From: Nitrospinaceae bacterium
Lineage (GTDB): Bacteria > Nitrospinota > Nitrospinia > Nitrospinales > Nitrospinaceae
DNA length: 64,000 nucleotides
Direction of reading: 5' to 3'
NCBI GenBank assembly: GCA_965223665.1
Contig: OZ245011.1
Location: 896,001-960,000, forward strand
Shown: positions 24,501-31,387 of the stretch, piece after piece
How positions within the stretch are numbered: the first letter of the stretch is position 1
Layout: each line of letters starts with the position of its first letter
The notes under the pieces: generated by a model
The model's database searches: none
Told to the model about the DNA's origin: nothing
What the model saw: the letters and a program-made list of their open reading frames with translations, nothing else
Position numbers and translations under genes: made by a program

Positions 24501-24904
24501 ATCAATGGGTATCTCTATCTGCAGAATGGATTTGGGAACGCCTGGACAGGGAATCACTACTCAATTTAAATGTCCGAGCTTTAGAAACCCATTATTTTCC
24601 AATGAAGGTTAATTTTTTCCACCCTTGCGGGTTAAGCCTTTCCATCAAAGAAACCTATGTGAATCAAAAAGGCACTTTTAATCGATTGACTGCACTACCG
24701 GGAGTCCTTACCCCTGGAAAAGATAGTTTTTGGTTAACTGATATCGCCATCAAATATCGTTTTCCAAAGCGATATGGATTTCTGACCGCGGGGGCCACTA
24801 ATTTGTTTGACGAAAGCTTTCAGCACTTTGACCCGGATTTAAATAACACACGTATACAACCAGTCCGGGCTTTTTTTATTTCAGTGACACTAACAATTCC
24901 ATAA
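21560..24904 (+). CDS. Outer-membrane FecR-TPR-beta-barrel protein (NsrA-like architecture)
   Basis: ATG 21560 follows GGAGGG and begins a signal peptide (..HVSFA/AKC), so it is preferred over ATG 21326. FecR-like domain (SAQGSVEV..CPGDKLRT..VTTPFAIAAVRGTEF), many TPRs, and a C-terminal amphipathic beta-strand region with a TonB-receptor-like end (GATNLFD...RAFFISVTLTIP). Confidence 0.85.
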   Translation: MRNYSGHLIHFQIFLYLTIFGFYPHVSFAAKCEKPIAKIVSAQGSVEVQHVGNADWKPVVLNETFCPGDKLRTDPKSRAEIALDKSILRLNANTLLTLKNVKENNTALIDLLKGIAYFFSLAPKSLEVTTPFAIAAVRGTEFLITVTLQKTLITIYAGKVFASNSNGSLILKNGQSAIAESGQAPVLQVRLRPQDAVAWTLYYPPVINIQTEGYPEAIRQSIQYYQKGNIKGAFDSIENAPEFQDPKLLNYLASLELSVGQVEAANKYIQKTLSIDPKNSEGLALQSIIALTQNNKEEALSKAKQAVQANSQSATAQIALSYAHQARFDMNSALASGLKAVELEPQNALAWARLAELWSAKGYQKKALEAAQKAVSLNPNLARTQTVLGFAHLTNEDTSSARTAFQKAIELDQADPLPKLGQGMAKIRDGELEEGRKNIEEAVNLDPNNSLMRSYLGKAYYDEKRSVKALEQFSIAKKQDPKDPTPLFYSAIEKQTTNRPVEALHDLQKAIDLNNNRAPFRSQLLMDKDLASRSSAVGRIYTDLNFQNRALLEGWLSLATDPTNFSAHRLLADSYSILPRHEIARVSELLQSQLLQLVNMTPIQPRLGESNLLLISSGGPGALSFNELNPLFQSNGITFQGNGIAGENDTYSGEGIISGIFGKASFSVGYSKFDTNGWRPNADQEDDIVNVFTQFQISHLTSVQFEYRFRETVQGDIVQRFFSSDFQATLRNKDTTNTARLGFHHVFMPGLDVIGNFSYQNMDRELKDPFFSVELMGKDKSLGGELQMLFRSKYINMVTGGGFFYINIKETFTFTPFPPEISDFTQKHSNFYLYSYIKILKNLTLTIGGSGDFFNTDNPMAKDKNQFNPKIGVVWEPLKGTTIRGAWFRVLKRTLVAQQTIEPTQIAGFNQFFDELNGTDYWVRGVGIDQKFTKSFYGGIQFTEKDLDVPILFSFPPALPQLNIFSWEEKQARAYLFWTPHQWVSLSAEWIWERLDRESLLNLNVRALETHYFPMKVNFFHPCGLSLSIKETYVNQKGTFNRLTALPGVLTPGKDSFWLTDIAIKYRFPKRYGFLTAGATNLFDESFQHFDPDLNNTRIQPVRAFFISVTLTIP

Positions 24905-24965
24905 AAACTTGAATTGTTAGAATCTGGAAAGATTATAATCGAAACCATTCTGAGGAGGGCTAAAT

Positions 24966-25601
24966 ATGCTTAACAAATCAAAGGAAAAAGTACCTAAGTT
25001 AATAATTAAGTTAATTTTAATGATTTATTTTACCATTTCATTTTCCGCTTGCACAAAGACAATACCAAACTATGAGCATCCTATTCCTGATACCACTCGA
25101 ATACCCACTCGAATAAATAAAACTATTGAATTCAAAGGAAAAGGAGAAAAAGAAAGTAAAGTAATATGCACCCAAGTAGATCCAAAAACTCAATGTGAGA
25201 TACAAGTCCCCTGCCAAACAGGAGAAAAAGTAGAAACGAAAACTCTCGCAGAAGTTTTAGGCGTGGACAAAGCAATAGTTGATATTGAAAATCATGCTTG
25301 TGCAACATTTAGCCTGGATCTAGGTCACCAAAAAAATCCTTATTATTGTTCCGGAGGTTTTTGTAGGTGGTCACCATCTGACAGAAGATTAAAGAACAAT
25401 ATCCATAAAATTGGGCAATTGAAAAATGGTCTCAATATCTATAAATTTAAATATATTTGGGATGATGCCTGGAGGGTGGGAGTAATGGCAGATGAGGTAC
25501 GTAAAGTTTTACCCGAAGCCGTGATTACCATCAATGGATACGATCTCGTGGATTATTCAAAAATCAAAATTGACTATTCTGCAATTACAGATGATCAATA
25601 A
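24966..25601 (+). CDS. Cys-rich putative lipoprotein (cassette A) fused to a C-terminal peptidase S74-type intramolecular chaperone domain
   Basis: GAGGAGG RBS, hydrophobic signal with lipobox FSAC, six-Cys domain paralogous to 25957..26451. From 25377 it reads SDRRLKNNIHKIG...IYKFKY...GVMADEV...PEAV...GYDLVDYSKI. Confidence 0.8.
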   Translation: MLNKSKEKVPKLIIKLILMIYFTISFSACTKTIPNYEHPIPDTTRIPTRINKTIEFKGKGEKESKVICTQVDPKTQCEIQVPCQTGEKVETKTLAEVLGVDKAIVDIENHACATFSLDLGHQKNPYYCSGGFCRWSPSDRRLKNNIHKIGQLKNGLNIYKFKYIWDDAWRVGVMADEVRKVLPEAVITINGYDLVDYSKIKIDYSAITDDQ

Positions 25602-25626
25602 AATGCAAATTTCATAATTCTGTATT

Positions 25627-25654
25627 AAGGCAGGGTCTTTTTGGACCCTGCCTT
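25627..25654 (+). terminator. Rho-independent terminator after cassette A
   Basis: AAGGCAGGGTC-TTTTTG-GACCCTGCCTT, a perfect 11-bp stem. Confidence 0.8.
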
Positions 25655-25956
25655 CTTCATTTATGAACATTTGGATAAATAATTTACCTGTATTTTTTTT
25701 AGAATATGGAATGAACCTTCATCATCAACTTCCTAGAAATATTTACCAATCCATTTGCCTCTTTTAATAATTTTCTTAAATTTTTTTCTGCATTTAAATC
25801 AGCAATGATGTTTTAATAACTTGTCTCCTTGTTCAGGATCTAGGAAAAAGTGAATTTAGCAAATCAGGATTAAAATAGTGTAACTATTGATAATGTATTG
25901 AGATGTTTTTGAACAAGAAATTTTTATCGAATCAAACCAAATGAGGAGGGATAAAT

Positions 25957-26451
25957 ATGCTTTACAAATCTAGAGCACCCATCACCATCATAATGATTAA
26001 AACTTTTGCACTTGTTTATTTTATTATTTACTTTTCTGGAATTGCAAATTCCAATGAGATTCAGCAGGGTCTGGACACCACCCGAATACCTACCAAAATT
26101 AAAAAAACAATAAAATTTTTTGATAACAAAGAAAAAGCAAGAACAATGGAAAGTTTTGGAAATGAAAGAATAGCTAGCACATCAGAAAATTCTGACGCCA
26201 CCCCGGATACCAGCAAAACAGTGTGCACGGAAGTGGATCCAAAGACTCAATGTGAAATTGCAATACCTTGTGGATCGGAAGAAGAATTAGAAAAATTTTC
26301 GCTGGCGGAAATCTTGGGAATGGGAAAGGCTAATATCATCATTCCTGGTCAAACTTGTGCAACCTTTATTCTTGATATTGATCACCCCAAAACTCCCTGG
26401 TATTGTTCAGGAGGAATTTGCACTTTGTATGGTTCAGGCAATTCTGGATGA
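25957..26451 (+). CDS. Secreted six-Cys protein (cassette B), paralog of cassette A without the S74 domain
   Basis: GAGGAGG RBS, signal peptide, DTTRIPT motif and the same C-x8-C-x5-C-x28-C-x15-C-x4-C spacing as cassette A. Confidence 0.8.
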   Translation: MLYKSRAPITIIMIKTFALVYFIIYFSGIANSNEIQQGLDTTRIPTKIKKTIKFFDNKEKARTMESFGNERIASTSENSDATPDTSKTVCTEVDPKTQCEIAIPCGSEEELEKFSLAEILGMGKANIIIPGQTCATFILDIDHPKTPWYCSGGICTLYGSGNSG

Positions 26452-26503
26452 AGAACTTGATATCTCTAAAATTGGAAAGTATTAAGATTTTGAATAAAAT
26501 ATA

Positions 26504-26536
26504 AAGAAGGCCGGGTAATTTTTTCTCGGCCGTCTT
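26504..26536 (+). terminator. Imperfect hairpin after cassette B, related to the cassette A and D terminators
   Basis: AAGAAGGCCGGG...CTCGGCCGTCTT around a T-rich loop. Confidence 0.5.
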
Positions 26537-27143
26537 GGCTTTGAGAAATATATTAGAGGATTATACCGTTTTTCATGCCTCTTTAATTCTTACCAAATGT
26601 GACATTCCAATTTTTCCTAAGGAAAAAAAATTCTCTACATTCTCATTTTCAGAGTTTCTTGCCAAAGATTTTCTTGTCCCAAATTTTATTCTCCCTTCTA
26701 AACTCCACCCTTCCCCAAAATTCATTCTTTATTTTCTGACCAAAGGACAACTGACAATTGCTTACCTTTGTCGTAGAACCCCTAAAACACAAAAAACTAC
26801 ATTTTTTGGTTGTATTTTACCAGGTTTATAGTATATTCCGTTTAACTAAATTTTTGGTTTATTAAACTTCTAACCTTTGGTGTTTTATACATGAAAACTA
26901 ATTAAAGCCTTAAGTTTAACCAAAACGAGAAGAGCCCGCCAGAATCAATTGGCTCCTTATTATTACTAAACCAAATAATTTTGGATTATAAAAATTTTGT
27001 CTTCAACGATTTTACCCGTTTTCTTGAAAAACCTCCAAGGGCAAAACCATACGCTCTTAACCAACTAAATCTATTTTTTTATAGGCCTAGTTGAATATAT
27101 ATAAAAAAGCGTTTTATTCAAAACCATTATAGGAGGGCTTAAT

Positions 27144-27638
27144 ATGCTTATCAGGCAAAAAACATATTTCTTAATTGGCTTATGGTTTTTGATGTTGTTT
27201 GTACTTTACGCTACACCCCAAATAGTATTAGCAAAAGAAAAAGGTCAAAAGGAAGAATCTACAAAAAATTTAACTGGCCCATCAGCCAACCGTACTTGCT
27301 TAAACTTGGGAAGAGCCTCTATTTTGGTTTCATTTACAGATGGTTGTCCGAGAGATCCCAAAAAAGTTAAATTTTTCACAGAAACCCAATGCCAAGGAAA
27401 AAGAAAAAATCCGGATATTTTATCAAAGGCTGTGACCGTGTACAGCTCAGGAATCGACACAGGAGGGGTTCTCGAATGTAGGTGGAATGCAAAAGTTTGG
27501 AAAGTCAATCCATACTGGTATGTCTATTCTGCGGGAGGTAATGTAGCTTGCACCTGTTACGATTTCACCAATCCGCTTCCATATACATGCGACCCGGAGG
27601 ATTTAAATAATCCTCCTGCTAATTGTTCAGGAAATTAA
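27144..27638 (+). CDS. Secreted eight-Cys protein (cassette C)
   Basis: AGGAGG RBS, signal peptide (..QIVLA/KE), and a C-terminal 41-aa block homologous to cassette D. Confidence 0.8.
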   Translation: MLIRQKTYFLIGLWFLMLFVLYATPQIVLAKEKGQKEESTKNLTGPSANRTCLNLGRASILVSFTDGCPRDPKKVKFFTETQCQGKRKNPDILSKAVTVYSSGIDTGGVLECRWNAKVWKVNPYWYVYSAGGNVACTCYDFTNPLPYTCDPEDLNNPPANCSGN

Positions 27639-27797
27639 TTAAGTCATGTTTAATTAACATTTAAATATGCAATAGTGATCGAGCCAACAGGTTAGACACA
27701 GTTGCTTCTGGTTCTTCCAGAGTAAAAAGATAATTAATAAACAAGATCTCTTTAAATCTTGCTTGAACAAATTTCCAATGAAGAAAAGGAACGTAAA

Positions 27798-28286
27798 ATG
27801 AATAACAAATATATAAAACCAGCTAAACCATTATTTGTCCAATTAGGCATTATAATCCTCTCAGCCTTGGTATTCCTTGGATCTGATAATGGATCTAATT
27901 TGATTGTTTCCAATACCTGCATTAATTTGGATAGCAATGCATCTGTTTGTATTACTAGAAACGATGATGGAACCCCATCAACTGTAGACTGGTTTCCAAG
28001 AACGGGATGCCCACGTTCACTGGCATGTCCTTCTCTTGATTCTTCTACTGAAAAGAGCAATCTTGCCTTGGGAGATTCCTCGGATATTTTTACTTCCAAA
28101 GAGGAGGGCGAAATTTGCACCGATGGGCACTCTAATGAGTGTCTTGATAAAGAGATATTTAACCCCACCTGGTATCAATATACTGCTGGGGGTAATGCAT
28201 ATTGCAAATGTTATGACTTTACTGCTGCTCCTCCCTATACATGCACACCGGAGCAATTAGCAAATCCTCCCTCTTGGTGTTCATAA
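27798..28286 (+). CDS. Secreted ten-Cys protein (cassette D), paralog of cassette C
   Basis: ATG 27798 follows AAGGA and is preferred over TTG 27759. Hydrophobic N-terminus, and the block NPxWYxYxAGGNxxCxCYDFT...PYTCxPExLxNPPxxCS shared with cassette C. Confidence 0.78.
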   Translation: MNNKYIKPAKPLFVQLGIIILSALVFLGSDNGSNLIVSNTCINLDSNASVCITRNDDGTPSTVDWFPRTGCPRSLACPSLDSSTEKSNLALGDSSDIFTSKEEGEICTDGHSNECLDKEIFNPTWYQYTAGGNAYCKCYDFTAAPPYTCTPEQLANPPSWCS

Positions 28287-28291
28287 TAATT

Positions 28292-28393
28292 ATAGGGGTT
28301 ATGGCAGATGAGGTTAAGAAAGTTAAACCGGAAGCCGTAATTACCATCAATGGATATGATCTCGTGGATTATTCGAAAATCCCATTGAACTAA
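28292..28393 (+). pseudogene. Orphan C-terminal half of a peptidase S74 domain
   Basis: Translates as IGVMADEVKKVKPEAVITINGYDLVDYSKIPLN*. 28301-28381 matches 25485-25565 at 71 of 81 nt by manual alignment. Confidence 0.85.
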
Positions 28394-28438
28394 TCTACTG
28401 GTAAAAATAATCCATTGTTTTTTACTTTTTCTAGTTAT

Positions 28439-28470
28439 AAAGGCAGGGTCTTTTTCGGCCCTGCCTTTTT
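28439..28470. terminator. Terminator (possibly bidirectional), near-copy of the 25627 hairpin
   Basis: AAAGGCAGGGTC-TTTTTC-GGCCCTGCCTTTTT, between convergent genes. Confidence 0.8.
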
Positions 28471-28489
28471 CAAAATTTTTTTGATGAAA

Positions 28490-30880
28490 TTAATTACTTC
28501 GTGGAATGGTAAAGAAAAAGGTGCTCCCCTTCCCTATTTCTGACTTGAACCCGATTTTCCCTTTGTGTCCTTCCTCAATAATTTCCTTGCAGGACATCAG
28601 GCCAAATCCATCACCGTCAGGTTGAGAGGTAAAGTTTTCATTAAACAAAAGTCTTTTGATTTCTTCCGGAATTCCCGTTCCTTTATCCTCAATACGGACC
28701 TCAATAAATTCCTCTAAACCTTCAACAGAAACACAAATTTCAGAATTCTTTTGGGAGGCATAACCTGCGTTGAGTATCATGTTCTGTAGAACTCTTTTAA
28801 TGTCCAATGTGTTTACCGGTCCAATAGAATTAGAATCATTTTCAAGAAGTGTTACTTTTTTATTTTTAATGTCATCATGAAAGCCAATTTCTTCTTTTAC
28901 TTCCTTAACTAAATCAAAAATATCTATTTCTTTTTTTGGATATTCTCGAGTTCCCTTTTGGACACAAGCCAGGCTTTGGTCAATCATTGAAACCATGTTA
29001 TTTTTTACGGAAATCATAACCTCAAGACCTTTTTTGAGTTTATCAAGGCCCTTACGCATATTATGCTGCTCATTGGAACCGGTTAGTTTTTCCAGAGTAT
29101 TTTGAAAATGCATCTTGGAAAACTCCAGAGGCACTAAACAGTTTTTCATGTCGTGAGTAAAGTGACTCAGTTGTTGAACATCATTGGACATTGTATCCAG
29201 GTCATTTCTTAAACGGCGTGAACATACTTTCATCATTTCCAGCAGGGCTTTGGAATTGGACACAATGTATTTGGCAAATAAATCTTTATCGATTTCAATT
29301 ATTAGACCATCGGTTAATGCCACTGCAGAAGCTGACCGAGGCAAATTGTCAATCAAGGAAATTTCTCCAAAATATTCTCCCGGGTTTAGATCCGTAATAA
29401 CTTTTTGGTAGTTTGGCCCCTTACTAATTCTGACTTTTCCACGAAGAAGAATATGAAGATATTGTTCATCCCTGGCCCCTTCCTTTATCAAAACATCCCG
29501 CGCCTTAAGAACCACATCCCTGCTTTCTTTTGCAAGATTTACTTTTGCCTCCAGTGGGAGACAGTCAAAAAGATCAATCTGCTTTAAAAGTTCTAACTTC
29601 CTCGTTATAGCATTATCGTCTGTAATATTGGTTTGTGATAATTGACCGGACTCTTTTTTAGGTTCGGTTCTTATAGATTTGGGCAGGGTGAAACAAAACT
29701 TTGTACCCTTCCCCCAATGAGATTCAAATCCAATTTTTCCATTATGGTATTTTTCAATAATCTCCTTACAGGATATTAAACCTATTCCGTTTCCATCCGG
29801 CTTAGAGGAAAAACTTTCCTTTAAAATAAAGGGTTTAATATCATCCGGAATACCAGAGCCGTTGTCCTCAATACTGATTTCAATTGCATGGTTCATATTT
29901 TTTACAATACAGACTATTTGATCTTTTTTCTGGGTTGCATAACCTGCATTGATGATCAGGTTTTGCAAAACTCTTTTAATATCCAAATAGTTGATTTTCC
30001 CAATGACTTTGGATTCCGGAGATTCCACCCTGAGTGTTTTGTGTTCAAGTTGCTTATGACAGGAAATTTCTTTTACCGTTTCTTTGGCTAAGGCCAATAT
30101 GTCAAAACTATCTTTGACGTATTCTCCCTGCTGTTTTTTAACGCAGGCCAGACTCTGATCGATTAATGTGGTCACATAATCCCGAACTTCTATAATTGTA
30201 TCCACTCCCATTTTCAACTTTTTAAAACCATCCCGCCTTATATGACCTTCTTCAGTCCCATTCATTATTTGCAAAACTTTTTGAAGATAGCTTTCTGAGT
30301 TTTTTAAGGGTAAAAGAACGTTGCGCATGTCATGTGTAAAACAACTCATTTTACGCATGTCTGATTCCATACGGGCTAAGTCATTTCGAATTCTTTGAGC
30401 AAAAACTTTCATCATCGCCACCAAGGCCTTTGAGTTGGAGGCAATATACTTTTGAAAAATTGTCTCATTGATTTCCAGCAATAAGGTATTTTTCATAGAC
30501 TTTACTGAAGCCGAACGGGAATTCGAATCTACTAAAGGCAATTCGCCTACATAATCGCCAGTACTTAAATAGGAAATAATTTTTTTTGATTTAAAAACCA
30601 CCACACGGCCAGTGAGGATAATATACATGGATTTCTGCTGCTCACCTTCCCATTCGAAGAGGATTTCCTCCTCACCCAGGCGCCAAAGGGGACTTTCCTC
30701 TATAATCCTCAGCAAGGTCTCTTTGTTAAAACAATTGAAAAGCTCAATTTTCATCAATTCTTCCAATTCCATTTCTTGAAGTTTCTTTTGCAGTCCCATT
30801 TGTCCAGGATTTGGCGAAACTTTTTTATAAGAATGGATATCAGATACCTGAGTCTTTTTTTCTGGAGAAAAGTTTTTCAT
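28490..30880 (-). CDS. Cytoplasmic tandem [cyclic-nucleotide-binding domain + histidine kinase] x2 protein
   Basis: cNMP cassettes GDYVGELPLVDSNSRSAS and GEYFGEISLIDNLPRSAS, H-boxes FTHDMRN and FTHDMKN, two HATPase domains (NLIINA/DNGSGI/GIGL/GKGT and NMILNA/DKGTGI/GFGL/GKGS). No TM segment seen. Confidence 0.88.
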   Translation of the reverse strand: MKNFSPEKKTQVSDIHSYKKVSPNPGQMGLQKKLQEMELEELMKIELFNCFNKETLLRIIEESPLWRLGEEEILFEWEGEQQKSMYIILTGRVVVFKSKKIISYLSTGDYVGELPLVDSNSRSASVKSMKNTLLLEINETIFQKYIASNSKALVAMMKVFAQRIRNDLARMESDMRKMSCFTHDMRNVLLPLKNSESYLQKVLQIMNGTEEGHIRRDGFKKLKMGVDTIIEVRDYVTTLIDQSLACVKKQQGEYVKDSFDILALAKETVKEISCHKQLEHKTLRVESPESKVIGKINYLDIKRVLQNLIINAGYATQKKDQIVCIVKNMNHAIEISIEDNGSGIPDDIKPFILKESFSSKPDGNGIGLISCKEIIEKYHNGKIGFESHWGKGTKFCFTLPKSIRTEPKKESGQLSQTNITDDNAITRKLELLKQIDLFDCLPLEAKVNLAKESRDVVLKARDVLIKEGARDEQYLHILLRGKVRISKGPNYQKVITDLNPGEYFGEISLIDNLPRSASAVALTDGLIIEIDKDLFAKYIVSNSKALLEMMKVCSRRLRNDLDTMSNDVQQLSHFTHDMKNCLVPLEFSKMHFQNTLEKLTGSNEQHNMRKGLDKLKKGLEVMISVKNNMVSMIDQSLACVQKGTREYPKKEIDIFDLVKEVKEEIGFHDDIKNKKVTLLENDSNSIGPVNTLDIKRVLQNMILNAGYASQKNSEICVSVEGLEEFIEVRIEDKGTGIPEEIKRLLFNENFTSQPDGDGFGLMSCKEIIEEGHKGKIGFKSEIGKGSTFFFTIPRSN

Positions 30881-31387
30881 TTTCTTATTTGAAATGTATT
30901 CAAAGTTCTAAATCAATCCAATTAGATTCCATATTTCAGATTTGTCAAGATATATCTGGCACAGCATAAAATTATGGCCCGTCTTGACTGGATTCCCCCT
31001 CAGCCAGTTATTCAGTCCCAAAGTAAATGAAAAGCAATTTTAGGCGCTATAATAATGGCTCTTAATGGAATTCCAATATGAAACATTAATTTATAAAGGG
31101 TCCATTCCCAGCCCTAAAAGAAAAATAACTACAAAAGGCTAATTAATCCAATCTTTTAGAGGGATCAATAGAAAAATCGGGAAAAATAATATACTTAATA
31201 TATAAATAAACAAATAGGGTGTGGTTGGGGGATGTCAAACCAATTGAAATAAAAGGGTCCCAAATCCGTAAGTGGGGAGAATAAATTTTCCCGGGGGCAT
31301 CAAAAATAAGCTTTTAAAAAGTTTATAAAACAAATCATTAACCTGTATTTACTCTTATCACATATTCTTAAAAAAATTGTCTTCCAT

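Noticed and set aside
26535-26831. 98-aa ORF between cassettes B and C as a fifth cassette or immunity gene
   Set aside because: It has a TTG start inside a hairpin, no RBS, T-rich low-complexity composition and no homology to its neighbours. Likely spurious.
24966-28286. RiPP or bacteriocin cluster with double-glycine leaders
   Set aside because: The GG motifs are near the C-terminus, the proteins carry Sec-type signals, and no modifying enzyme or C39 peptidase transporter is adjacent.
25485-28381. Diversity-generating retroelement template/variable repeat pair (the 81-nt repeat)
   Set aside because: The mismatches are mostly synonymous and not confined to adenines of one copy, and there is no reverse transcriptase in the window.
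24966-28393. Prophage remnant suggested by the S74 tail-fibre chaperone domain
   Set aside because: No integrase, capsid, terminase, tail or lysis genes were seen, and the S74 carrier has a Sec/lipoprotein signal.
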